Origin: a virus
Taxonomy: Duplodnaviria; Caudoviricetes
IMG/VR virus record: IMGVR_UViG_3300010293_000004
Location: 1 to 62,857 of that record
Strand: one strand, 5' to 3'
Length of the DNA stretch: 62,857 nt
Shown here: piece by piece, positions 22,297 to 31,748 of the stretch
Position numbering within the stretch: the first letter of the stretch is position 1
Layout of the letters: each line of letters opens with the position of its first letter
The notes under the pieces: generated by a model
Told to the model about the DNA's origin: nothing
What the model saw: only the letters and a program-made list of their open reading frames with translations
Database searches by the model: none
Translations under genes and position numbers: made by a program

Positions 22297-24237
22297 TTAA
22301 GCCTGTGATGTGATCGTCGGGTTTGACGCAAAAATGCTTGCTTCAGTCTGACGACGGTTATCTAGTGCTGCCATGTAGTTTCCGCCTGCTGTTTTAATGC
22401 CTTTATTCGAAATAATATCTGCTGCTCCTTGCGTATTTCCTGCAAGAATCTCATCGCGCAGCCCGTTCTTTACTAAAGACTTAGTTGACCCAGTATTATA
22501 AGCATACGAAGTGAGCGCAGCTTTTTGATCATCGTTAAGTTTACTCCATGCTTCATTACCTAGAGGCCCTTTTGCTGCCTGTTGATATTTAGGTAGGTCT
22601 TTCTTTAACAATGCATCTGCTTGTTCAGGAGTTAGCTTAGTGTCTGCTCCTTGATACGGAACTACCTCACCGTTACCTAAATCAATACCGTTTAACTTCT
22701 CATCAGCAGTAATCTGGTGGCCGTATCCAATCGAGTACTGATCTCCTGGATTGTTAGGCGGTGGCGGGTCTAAATATGCTTTACCGTTGCGAGGTAACCC
22801 CTCTTCTTTCTTAATCAATGCTGTTGTCTTATCTGTTTCTGATCCTGTGAGCATAGGCGGAGTGTTTGATAAGATCGGTGTTGGGGTGACTGGCTTTTTA
22901 GTAACTACTGTTCTTGCACTTGCTGACCCGTAAGATGTTTTGTGTTTTGAGTACGGTTCGTGTGTTGGAGGGGGTGACTTTTCATCGGGAATAGTAGTTA
23001 ACATTGCTCCATTAGAACTCCTCCACGTTTGGCCAACTTTTGCTGTTTCTGGTCTTGCAACTACTGGAATTTTTTCTGCTTCGTTCCCAGATTTTGTGTT
23101 AAGGTAAATCATACCTGCCCAGAAAACTAATTCAGTTCCTCCACGGAATGAACCTACATTACCAGCATACAAACTTAGATTATTTTCTGCTCGAACACCT
23201 ACATCCTTAGAGTGTACCTTCATACTAGTTTTAGCATACATGTTAATCTCACTACCTGCATACATGTTAATGTCTTGGTCAGCGTGAATATTAAGATTGT
23301 TTTTTGTACGAATATTAATGTCGTTGTTTGCAAACAAATTTACTTTGCCGTCTTTAGTAAACTCTGCCCACACATCCCCATTGCCGTTTGCAATGTAAAC
23401 AACTTCTTCAGTGTCGTGCATTAAGATCTGATGGCCGCCTGCTGTACGCAATCTCACTAGTTGACTGCCGCCTTGTTGGTCACCGTCATCCATTACGAAA
23501 CTGTGGCCGCCTTTACGTGCGGGAACTGTTTTTTCTACTGACGTAGTAGCGGCGTCAACTGGCTTTAGTGGTCTACCTGGGGTGCTTATTCCAAAGACTG
23601 TGCTAGGAGACTCTCTTTGGCTGCTACTTGTTATCGTTCCTCTGATTGTATCAGCTTCTAGACCTTGTCTAACTAAAATGTTTAGCTGATCTACATGCAC
23701 AGGTTTTTGGATATTTCTAAAATCGTCCCATCTAACAGAGGGTTCATGTTCGTTAAACTCTGCAACAGGGTATTGAGCTGCACTCACTCCTTGATTTGTG
23801 CCTGCTTCTATTTTTGAGTGGGCGCCAATTGCCGGAACCATGTGATGGCTTGCTGTAGATGGAATACAAGCAAACCAGTATCCTTTATCCGGATGCCCTG
23901 ACACGAAGGTCACTAACACCCAATTATCAATATCTGGCGGAACAAACCACATACCGTATGTGTTAGATGTAGTAGTGTAGTTTACTTCTTTAGGTTGAGT
24001 TGTTTGATGGGTTGATCCAAAGAACGGACTAGCATATCCTACCGATCTCCAATGTGTTGGTTCTAACTCGTTGCCGCCCAAATCCGGAATAAACACCTGC
24101 AATCTGCCACGGAATGCTGGGTCGATGTTGTTTTTTACAATACCTATATACGGTCCTGGGTCTATGCGACCAGAGGCAGAGCTGGTCCGATCATACTGTT
24201 CAGGAATTCTTTTGGAGCTAACTCGTTTATCTATCAT
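22297..24237 (-). CDS. gp5: Baseplate hub/spike gp5-like with C-terminal GH24-type lysozyme
   Basis: N-terminal DP..GRLQV OB-fold motif; beta-helix-like repeats; C-terminal KKEEG...YLD...SIGYGH...AALTSYAYNTG. Confidence 0.8.
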   Translation of the reverse strand: MIDKRVSSKRIPEQYDRTSSASGRIDPGPYIGIVKNNIDPAFRGRLQVFIPDLGGNELEPTHWRSVGYASPFFGSTHQTTQPKEVNYTTTSNTYGMWFVPPDIDNWVLVTFVSGHPDKGYWFACIPSTASHHMVPAIGAHSKIEAGTNQGVSAAQYPVAEFNEHEPSVRWDDFRNIQKPVHVDQLNILVRQGLEADTIRGTITSSSQRESPSTVFGISTPGRPLKPVDAATTSVEKTVPARKGGHSFVMDDGDQQGGSQLVRLRTAGGHQILMHDTEEVVYIANGNGDVWAEFTKDGKVNLFANNDINIRTKNNLNIHADQDINMYAGSEINMYAKTSMKVHSKDVGVRAENNLSLYAGNVGSFRGGTELVFWAGMIYLNTKSGNEAEKIPVVARPETAKVGQTWRSSNGAMLTTIPDEKSPPPTHEPYSKHKTSYGSASARTVVTKKPVTPTPILSNTPPMLTGSETDKTTALIKKEEGLPRNGKAYLDPPPPNNPGDQYSIGYGHQITADEKLNGIDLGNGEVVPYQGADTKLTPEQADALLKKDLPKYQQAAKGPLGNEAWSKLNDDQKAALTSYAYNTGSTKSLVKNGLRDEILAGNTQGAADIISNKGIKTAGGNYMAALDNRRQTEASIFASNPTITSQA

Positions 24238-24240
24238 TGT

Positions 24241-27027
24241 TTACACCGACTGTAAGTTTGCAAAAGGATCGTTTGGTTTTGGTTTTTCAGGTAGACCAAG
24301 AGACTTAGTAATTGTTCTGTTGATCTGACTATTAGCTGCAACCTGAGACGCTGTGATTGGCGGCTCAATTCCCGATGCCGGGGTCCATCCTGCCTCAGCA
24401 TTGATCTTGTTCGCTTCATCTATGTGAGCTTGTGTAGGAACTGGTTGTTGGGTGTTAAAAATACCCATGTTCGTAAGAGGTACCTGGGGTGTTTTTCCGT
24501 TTGACAAATCGTTTAAGAAGTTCTTTGCCACTTCATCTTCGTTCTTAACTTGTTTTATAGTCGACGCAATATCAATCTTAGGCGGTTCTTGTGCTGGTAG
24601 GCTAACATCAGTTGCTCGTCCATTGTTAGCAATTGGTTTCTCGGTCTCTTTTCTCTGCGATTCCTCGACTTCTTTAAGTTTTGCTTCTTGATCAGGCAAG
24701 CGTATTAAATCTAGAGTCTGTTCGAACTTTCCGTTATTAAACGTGCTCTCAACTGTTAGTATCTTAAAGAACCCTTTGAACGGGCTTTCGATGTACTTGC
24801 TATCGTAGTCAAGCAATCCTGTACTATCACTAAAATCCTTTGGGGTTTTAAAGTTTAAAAATGCGTATAACTCGCCGCTGTCAGTAACTAACGACTCGTT
24901 TGGTGTAACATGTGCATCTATTACCGGAACTGCTTCAAACTCTGATCGTTTGTGCGGAGGGTAGAAGAAGTCGTCTTGTTTGAATAAGTGCGGATCACCG
25001 ACAATTTTTAATTTAACGTTAATCATGTCGCCTCTGCTATTAGATAGCAATGCGTTTCGGGTGTCGTACACTACCGCAGTTTTTGCATCTTTAGGTCCGA
25101 CAGATCCAGATGCAAGGTTTGGGGCCAGCACTTGTGATAAGACCCTAAAATTGTCTGGGCGGGTTTCTTTATTTTTGTCAGCCGACACTTTTGCTTTTGT
25201 AACTTCTTCGTTATCTCTTGACCCACTGTCAGGAGACTTTTTATTCGACGTAGTGTCTGCGTCGTCTTGCTGCACTTGATCTTTTTTAAGTTGTTCGCGA
25301 ACTAGTGTAGTCGACACGTAGTACAACATGTCGAAGTCAAGTTGGAAATCAATAATGTCGTTGTTCTCACCTGTAAAGATATAGTTATACGACTTTTGAA
25401 CAATATCGGGGATGCCGTGGTTAGCATACTTAATTAGATTGTTTGTTAACGGCCACTTCACAATGTGATACCTAAATGTTTTTCCGAACTCGCTTCTTGC
25501 TGGGTCGTATTTTTTAAGAACAACTTCCGGAATAATCCTAAACCAGTTTAATTTTTTCTTTTCTTCTAGCATTTTCTTAAACCGTTCAGCATCAGCAGAG
25601 TTTGCTGGGTCAACAACTTGTTCTCTGATGTACTCACTACCCAAAATTATAGTTTCAATAACTTGCAGTAAGTTAGTTCCTGCGTTTATGCTGATCGAAA
25701 CTTGCTTCTTATCGATCGTGCCTGGTTTAGCTGCACTAGCCTCTCCTTCTTTTGACATCGGTACAGTTTTAATAGAAGCAGATGCGTCAGTCGACATTAT
25801 CGGAGACTTTGCAATTTCTGGATCTACCACAAATTCAATGTTATCGCTTTCTTCAAAGTTTCGATATGTTTTAATTAAATCATATGCAGCATCAATTGCG
25901 TCAGTATAGCTTGATACTTTGTACACTTTATTCTTATACTCTTCAGCCGCCTTTTTAGCTTCATCGGCTCGACCTTCTTTAGTTTTGTTTTCAACTACAG
26001 ACTGTGTCCTCACTGAATCAGAGTCAACATTACCAGACAACTCGTTAACATTAGCCAACGATGATTTAGCTGCAAAAAAGTCGCCTACTGTTGAAGCTAC
26101 GACGTTAATGTTTACTGGTACTGTTGCAACAGTATTTGACATCCCGTGATGGTTAAATGCTACACAATCACACTTATATTCAGCCCCTTTAGCTGTGATT
26201 TTAAACTTCATCCCTAGTATCTTTATAGGAATGTACTTTGTGTACTTGTATGACCTTGAAGGTAAAGGAACTCCATTTTCGTCATATCCTACAAACTCAA
26301 CCTCCAATAGGTACGGCAAATCTAAATGGTTTGGTTCCGACGAGTATTTGTATTTTTCTTTAATAAACTTTGCAGTGTCAATAATTCTATTCATCAACGT
26401 TGCGCCGTTTGGCTCAATGATAGTAAACGACAACGTTAGCACATTGGAGTTTTGAGCTTGTTGGTTTGCACCGATTACCGTAAACATCTTTAAATCGTTG
26501 ATGTAAAAATCAACGTCTTGGAATGCAGGGGCTCTATGTGGGTTTCGAATTTTTTTATCTGGCGTAGTACTAGAATATCTCCCTGCGCCACCGATTAAAA
26601 CACTTTCGTCAGGAACGTATTGTCCAGTAGCTAATGTTTGTTTGTAATGATCAGGAGATAAAACATGCAAACTAATGTTGTATGAGTACGACGGTAAATC
26701 GTGTAATGGATTCGGCACACCGACTGTATTAATTATCTTTTTAGCTGGCCCAACATCAACTGTGGGTTTTTTGCTTTCGTCAACAGCATCTGGCATTCCT
26801 TCGAAAGCCGCATCTTGTTCTGCTAATATAGCGGCCTGCTCAGAAGTAGAGCTAATTCCGTACTTATTTGCGGTTGATTCTCGTTGAACCGCTTGATCTA
26901 GGTTACCAAACTCTGTGTCAACAAACGTCGATCCGCTTGGTGTTTGAGATACTCCTAAATTTCTTTTTTCAGGATTCGACAGTTGGATAACATTATCTAC
27001 CCTACGAACATCAGCTTGAGATGCCAT
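24241..27027 (-). CDS. Baseplate hub protein (gp27-like), 928 aa
   Basis: Located between the gp53-like and gp5-like genes; LKIVGDP and F.G.FKILTVESTF..GKFEQTL motifs. Confidence 0.55.
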   Translation of the reverse strand: MASQADVRRVDNVIQLSNPEKRNLGVSQTPSGSTFVDTEFGNLDQAVQRESTANKYGISSTSEQAAILAEQDAAFEGMPDAVDESKKPTVDVGPAKKIINTVGVPNPLHDLPSYSYNISLHVLSPDHYKQTLATGQYVPDESVLIGGAGRYSSTTPDKKIRNPHRAPAFQDVDFYINDLKMFTVIGANQQAQNSNVLTLSFTIIEPNGATLMNRIIDTAKFIKEKYKYSSEPNHLDLPYLLEVEFVGYDENGVPLPSRSYKYTKYIPIKILGMKFKITAKGAEYKCDCVAFNHHGMSNTVATVPVNINVVASTVGDFFAAKSSLANVNELSGNVDSDSVRTQSVVENKTKEGRADEAKKAAEEYKNKVYKVSSYTDAIDAAYDLIKTYRNFEESDNIEFVVDPEIAKSPIMSTDASASIKTVPMSKEGEASAAKPGTIDKKQVSISINAGTNLLQVIETIILGSEYIREQVVDPANSADAERFKKMLEEKKKLNWFRIIPEVVLKKYDPARSEFGKTFRYHIVKWPLTNNLIKYANHGIPDIVQKSYNYIFTGENNDIIDFQLDFDMLYYVSTTLVREQLKKDQVQQDDADTTSNKKSPDSGSRDNEEVTKAKVSADKNKETRPDNFRVLSQVLAPNLASGSVGPKDAKTAVVYDTRNALLSNSRGDMINVKLKIVGDPHLFKQDDFFYPPHKRSEFEAVPVIDAHVTPNESLVTDSGELYAFLNFKTPKDFSDSTGLLDYDSKYIESPFKGFFKILTVESTFNNGKFEQTLDLIRLPDQEAKLKEVEESQRKETEKPIANNGRATDVSLPAQEPPKIDIASTIKQVKNEDEVAKNFLNDLSNGKTPQVPLTNMGIFNTQQPVPTQAHIDEANKINAEAGWTPASGIEPPITASQVAANSQINRTITKSLGLPEKPKPNDPFANLQSV

Positions 27028-27327
27028 TTATAACCCTAAGTCTTTAATTAAATTGTCTTTACTAGGCAAATATATGCTAACTCCGGTCTTCATATCGAAA
27101 ATCGGATCTTTAATTGTGTTTGGGTTTCTTGCAGCAAATACCCACCATAAAGAAGGATCGCCGTACAAGTCAGCAGCTAACAAATCTGGGCGAAACTGAT
27201 ATATTGACTCAACTGTAAACACTATGTCAGCTGGATCTTTAGCTATCGTTCTTGGTTCCCATATATCTAAGAAGCTGCTAAATGATTTTGTACCATAGTA
27301 TGGGCTTGCTTTTGAATACTGTGCCAT
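27028..27327 (-). CDS. gp53: Baseplate wedge gp53-like (LysM-like) protein
   Basis: RPDLLAADLYGDPSLWWVFA..N motif. Confidence 0.8.
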   Translation of the reverse strand: MAQYSKASPYYGTKSFSSFLDIWEPRTIAKDPADIVFTVESIYQFRPDLLAADLYGDPSLWWVFAARNPNTIKDPIFDMKTGVSIYLPSKDNLIKDLGL

Positions 27328-28244
27328 TAGATAAATCCTTTATCAAGTAATTTACCGCTTGCAAACGCATCAATACTAAAATCTCTATGGATACTTCTAC
27401 GGCTGTACACTGGTTGCAATGTAATAGAAATTTTACTTGTTGTAGGTAGTCGAACCTGACTTGTTACAACTTCAGACTTGCTTTTATCAACTGCATTATT
27501 TTTACTATGTCCTATGTTAATCGACACATAATCAACATCTGCTGGCATAGTGTGACTAAAATTTGTAAGCACACATTTAATTGATGGGAAGTATGGAGAA
27601 CCATACCCGTTTAGCACTAAGATTGGTGGAGGATTTCCTCTATTAACAGATTCGGATGCACCAAAAAACATTTTCGATGCGGATCTAAAGAAATGTATAG
27701 CTGCAAACAAATATTGTCCTTCAGACTGATTCTGAACTGTAAATTCTCCGTCAATTGTTATGGCATCCACTTCGCTTCCTTCGTACGAGAAAGATGCGTA
27801 GTTACTGTGAGTTAACTTAGTTGCTTGATAGTTTGCTTTGTGAGAAACTGTAATGTTTGGGGTGTATGGAAATACCACTCCGTTTGTTCCGATTAACGGA
27901 ATTAACGGAAGATTAGAAACGTCTTGATACAGCAATTTTGCATTTGGGGGTAAGCTGACCCGAATTCTCCAATCTTCTAGTTCTGGTTTTGTTGATGCTC
28001 CTGTAGTCGGTGTAGTTCCAGGTAGCCCGCTAACACCAGGTATGTTTTTAACAAACTTTACACCACCTTCAGTCCCTAAGGCAGCTGACATTTTTGCGCC
28101 GGCTTCAAGCCCAGCAGATTTTAACCGAGATAATGTAGGGTCAACTGTTGATGACGAAATTTCCGCGGCCTTTTTAGATATATCCCCGTATAACTCAGTT
28201 GCCCGTTCTGAGATTCGATTTCCAAAGTTTGATAAAGCTTTCAT
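27327..28244 (-). CDS. Tail tube initiator/baseplate cap (gp48/gp54-like)
   Basis: FPYTP, PPPILVLNGYG and P...KISITL motifs; directly upstream of the gp53-like gene. Confidence 0.6.
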   Translation of the reverse strand: MKALSNFGNRISERATELYGDISKKAAEISSSTVDPTLSRLKSAGLEAGAKMSAALGTEGGVKFVKNIPGVSGLPGTTPTTGASTKPELEDWRIRVSLPPNAKLLYQDVSNLPLIPLIGTNGVVFPYTPNITVSHKANYQATKLTHSNYASFSYEGSEVDAITIDGEFTVQNQSEGQYLFAAIHFFRSASKMFFGASESVNRGNPPPILVLNGYGSPYFPSIKCVLTNFSHTMPADVDYVSINIGHSKNNAVDKSKSEVVTSQVRLPTTSKISITLQPVYSRRSIHRDFSIDAFASGKLLDKGFI

Positions 28245-28254
28245 GAAGTCTCTC

Positions 28255-28283
28255 TTGTAATAAGTATTTATAGACGCTATTAT
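28255..28283 (+). promoter_or_regulatory. Sigma70-type promoter for gp55, overlapping a divergent late promoter
   Basis: TTGTAA-17 nt-TATTAT, with a minus-strand TATAAATA at 28265-28272 inside the spacer. Confidence 0.5.
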
Positions 28284-28304
28284 ATACTACTATTAAAGGA
28301 TTTA

Positions 28305-29180
28305 ATGACCATGCGTCGTGTAAACTATCTCAACAACAAAGACATTCTTAAAGAAATTCACAAAAGCAAAACTACATACTGTTCGTTTAGTGATCCAACT
28401 GCACATCAATATGATATCATAATCAGGGACTTATCTACCATTCTATCGTCTATCGACGAAGCTAAGGTTAATCGAGCAGATAGGTTAGCTAAAGCTGCGT
28501 TTGATGCTGCTGTAGAAGAAGGTAAGAAAGTTAAACTAGCTGACTTCGAGCTGGATCCAACCACTATTCCAAATACTGATTTAGTTTTTCGGTTGATGAC
28601 ATGGGATCACATTCCTCAGATGGCCGACGACAAGAAGAAAATTGAACCGTCGTTAGCTGACTTCTTAGAAGAAGAATTGCTAGACACAGAGTATGACGAA
28701 GAAGTAGCGGTAGTTAAGGCACCTGGGAAGTTTGTAAAAGTTAACTTCCCTCCGTTCGAGCACTATAAAATAGATACAAACAACAATCCATTTGTTATTG
28801 GACGGAGTCACTGGAAAGGTGATTTAGTGACTGGAGAGTTTAACAAAGAACACGGGTCAGTTACACGGAAACTAGCTGATATGTATATCAAATTAGTTGA
28901 ACGATATGCTACTCGCTCAAACTGGCGAGGATATACATACAACGACGAGATGCGTTCGCAGGCGTTACTACAGTTATCCCAAATTGGTTTGCAATTTGAT
29001 GAGAGTAAATCCGAAAACCCGTTTAGCTATTACACCGCAGTAATTACTAACTCATTTACTCGAGTGCTTAATATCGAGAAACGTAATCAAAACTTACGCG
29101 ACGATATACTCGAGATAAACAATTTTGCTCCCAGCTACACAAGGCAAAATTCCGGTGGAAATGATCACTACGATGAGTAA
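28305..29180 (+). CDS. gp55: Late-transcription sigma factor gp55-like
   Basis: NYLNNKDIL; NWRGYTYNDEM; FDESKSENPFSYYT; upstream of gp47/gp46. Confidence 0.85.
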   Translation: MTMRRVNYLNNKDILKEIHKSKTTYCSFSDPTAHQYDIIIRDLSTILSSIDEAKVNRADRLAKAAFDAAVEEGKKVKLADFELDPTTIPNTDLVFRLMTWDHIPQMADDKKKIEPSLADFLEEELLDTEYDEEVAVVKAPGKFVKVNFPPFEHYKIDTNNNPFVIGRSHWKGDLVTGEFNKEHGSVTRKLADMYIKLVERYATRSNWRGYTYNDEMRSQALLQLSQIGLQFDESKSENPFSYYTAVITNSFTRVLNIEKRNQNLRDDILEINNFAPSYTRQNSGGNDHYDE

Positions 29181-29203
29181 TCTATTTAAGAAACGGTTTA
29201 ATG

Positions 29204-29235
29204 CCTAAGTGGATAAATAATAATAGTCACTTAGG
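29204..29235 (+). promoter_or_regulatory. RBS-sequestering hairpin with a late promoter in its loop
   Basis: cctaagtg (29204-11) and cacttagg (29228-35) flank TAAATA (29214-19); the AGGA RBS overlaps the 3' arm. Confidence 0.7.
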
Positions 29236-29243
29236 ATTAAATT

Positions 29244-30014
29244 ATGTTCATTTACAAAATTACTGTTCTCCCGTTGAACAAGTGCTATATCGGGTTTGAT
29301 ACTAAACCATCATACAAACTTGCTCGATGGGAGAAGCATAAAAAGAATTCAGTTCTCGGTAATACAAAGCTATACAAAGCAATGAGAGAATATGGAATCG
29401 AAAACTGCCAAATTGAAATTGTTGAGGATGGATTTAATAGTCTCGGCTGCTTGGCGTTGGCTGAAATAAATTACATTAAACAATTTAATTCGTTTATAGA
29501 TGGGCTAAATTCTACTCGTGGCGGAGACGGGATGGGTAGACATATATTACATTTACTTTCGCCAACTGATCTCACTGCTCTGAGAGAGGCACTCGGGGGA
29601 AGTTTGTCCGACTATAATAAGAATGTTAAATGGGCAAACACTACCAACAACGAGCGAAAGTTTTTAACAAGACACTTGCACACCGACGAGGTTTATAAGA
29701 AAAAATCCGAAACCTTAAAAAAGTTTTACAAGGCTACCCCAGACGCAATTGATAAAAAGCGAGAGCAAATGCGAATAACTCGAAATCAAAATAAAGTGAT
29801 CCGCGATCAACAAGCAAAAGAGGCGGGTCTAAAAGGGGCTTTGGCAATGTCTAAGTCCATTTTAGTTGAGTTTCCGGACGGGTCACGTGTAACATACATT
29901 AGTAAAAGTGAAATGCAGCGACAAACTAATCAATGGGCCAAAACTTTGATAAGAAAAACTAATAAAGGGATAACCCATAATGGTTATCGTGCGTGGGAAA
30001 TAAATGTCTGCTAA
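29244..30014 (+). CDS. Free-standing GIY-YIG homing endonuclease
   Basis: FIYKIT...YIG, RW..H, E..YI, GLNST.GG. Confidence 0.8.
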   Translation: MFIYKITVLPLNKCYIGFDTKPSYKLARWEKHKKNSVLGNTKLYKAMREYGIENCQIEIVEDGFNSLGCLALAEINYIKQFNSFIDGLNSTRGGDGMGRHILHLLSPTDLTALREALGGSLSDYNKNVKWANTTNNERKFLTRHLHTDEVYKKKSETLKKFYKATPDAIDKKREQMRITRNQNKVIRDQQAKEAGLKGALAMSKSILVEFPDGSRVTYISKSEMQRQTNQWAKTLIRKTNKGITHNGYRAWEINVC

Positions 30015-31023
30015 TTTATTTAGAAAGGCGATGATCTTCACTGATCTACACTTCGGATTGAAGTCAAACAGCGATTTACACAACCAAGATTGTTTAGATT
30101 TTATGCAGTGGGCAGTTAGCACCGCTAAAGAAGAGGGGTGCGAGACTTGCTTCTTCTTAGGTGACTACCACAACAATCGAGCAGCAATGAACCTTCGCAC
30201 TATGAATTATGCAGTGCAAGGACTAGAACTGTTAAGTGAAAACTTTAAGAATACATACTTTATTCCTGGCAACCACGACCTGTTTTACAAAGACCGGCGT
30301 GATATTCAAAGTGTAGAGTGGGCAAAACACTTACCAAACATTACTATCGTTAACGAGTTCTTTAATAAAGGTGATGTTGCTATTGTTCCTTGGCTTGTTA
30401 AAGATGAACATAAACGAATCGGGAAGATTAAAGCAAAATATTGCATGGGACACTTTGAACTGCCTCATTTCTACATGAATGCTAAGATCGCTATGCCTGA
30501 TCATGGCGAACTTCAAGCTTCTCACTTTGGGCAGTTCGACGGGGTGTTTAGTGGGCATTTCCATATGCGGCAGCATAACCGCAACATCACTTACATCGGA
30601 AACTGTTTCCCGCACAATTACGCCGATGCAGGAGACGATGCTAGAGGATGTGCTATTCTCGAATGGGGCAACCCAGTTGAATATCGTTCGTGGAGTGATC
30701 AACCAACTTACCGTGTCTTTAAACTAAGTGAAGTTCTGAATAATGCCGAGGAACTACTAAAACCAAAGATGCACGTTCGTGTCAACATTGACATTGATAT
30801 TAGCTACGAAGAAGCTAACTTTATTAAAGAAACATTCGTTGAGACTTACCAATTGCGTGAGATTTCTCTTATTCCGCAAAAGGAAGATTTTGGTAATTTA
30901 GACGTCGACACCTCATCATTGTCGTTTGAAAGTATCGATTCGATAGTAGCAAATCAAATTAATCAGATCAATAGTGATCATTATGACAAAAGTCTATTAT
31001 TAAACATTTACAATAATCTTTAA
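30004..31023 (+). CDS. gp47: Recombination endonuclease subunit (Mre11/SbcD-like)
   Basis: DLHFG, GD, GNHD, GHFE and GHFH phosphoesterase motifs. Confidence 0.92.
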   Translation: MSANLFRKAMIFTDLHFGLKSNSDLHNQDCLDFMQWAVSTAKEEGCETCFFLGDYHNNRAAMNLRTMNYAVQGLELLSENFKNTYFIPGNHDLFYKDRRDIQSVEWAKHLPNITIVNEFFNKGDVAIVPWLVKDEHKRIGKIKAKYCMGHFELPHFYMNAKIAMPDHGELQASHFGQFDGVFSGHFHMRQHNRNITYIGNCFPHNYADAGDDARGCAILEWGNPVEYRSWSDQPTYRVFKLSEVLNNAEELLKPKMHVRVNIDIDISYEEANFIKETFVETYQLREISLIPQKEDFGNLDVDTSSLSFESIDSIVANQINQINSDHYDKSLLLNIYNNL

Positions 31024-31070
31024 CGATAGACAGTAGACATAAATACAAAAGGACAACTTAATGAAATATT

Positions 31071-31748
31071 ATGCCTACTACTTTTTCTCCCACTTACTTG
31101 TACATAAAACAGCACTCGATAACAAAAATGCTATATTTCGGAAAGACAACTTTGCCGCACGATGATATGCTAGAATATTTAGGATCCGGAAATAGATGGC
31201 TTAATCACATTAACAAACACGGTGTTGACAAAGTAGAAACTTTATGGTATTGTTTATTTTATGATAAAAATGACTGTGAAAATTTTGCTTTATCATTTTC
31301 AAAAAACCAAATGATTGTCGAATCTAACAACTGGGCTAACTTAATACCAGAAAACGGATTGTCTGGATTCCCAGCAGGGTTAAAATTTAAAGATTCACAT
31401 AAGAAATCTTTAAGTTCTGCTAAAAAAGGAAAGACTTGGGAGGAAATTTATGGAGAAGAAGGAGCAAAGTTAAGAAGACTGCAAAACTCTCAACCAAGAG
31501 GATCGTTAACAGAAAAACGCAAACAGAATATATCAAATGCAAAAAAAGGTATGGCGTCTCCACACGAATGGTCTATAGAACTGCGAGAAAAAGTTAGCGA
31601 GAAACTTTCTGGTATAAAAAGATCCGAAGAAACCAAACAAAAAATGAGAGAATCATCTAAGACTAAAAAAATATGTCCGTACTGTGGTTTAGAAGGTTCA
31701 GGTCCAAGTATGCAACGATGGCACTTTAATAATTGTAAATCAAAATGA
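31071..31748 (+). CDS. Homing endonuclease (GIY-YIG variant with NUMOD3-like repeats and a C-terminal CxxC ribbon)
   Basis: YLYIK...YFGKT...YLGSG; SEETKQKM; CPYCG..RWHFNNCK; TAAATA at 31040. Confidence 0.7.
   Translation: MPTTFSPTYLYIKQHSITKMLYFGKTTLPHDDMLEYLGSGNRWLNHINKHGVDKVETLWYCLFYDKNDCENFALSFSKNQMIVESNNWANLIPENGLSGFPAGLKFKDSHKKSLSSAKKGKTWEEIYGEEGAKLRRLQNSQPRGSLTEKRKQNISNAKKGMASPHEWSIELREKVSEKLSGIKRSEETKQKMRESSKTKKICPYCGLEGSGPSMQRWHFNNCKSK

Noticed and set aside
31061-31165. Alternative-frame ORF MKYYAYYF... with an RBS upstream of the 225-aa endonuclease gene
   Set aside because: It is short and out of frame; the endonuclease motifs are in the annotated frame.
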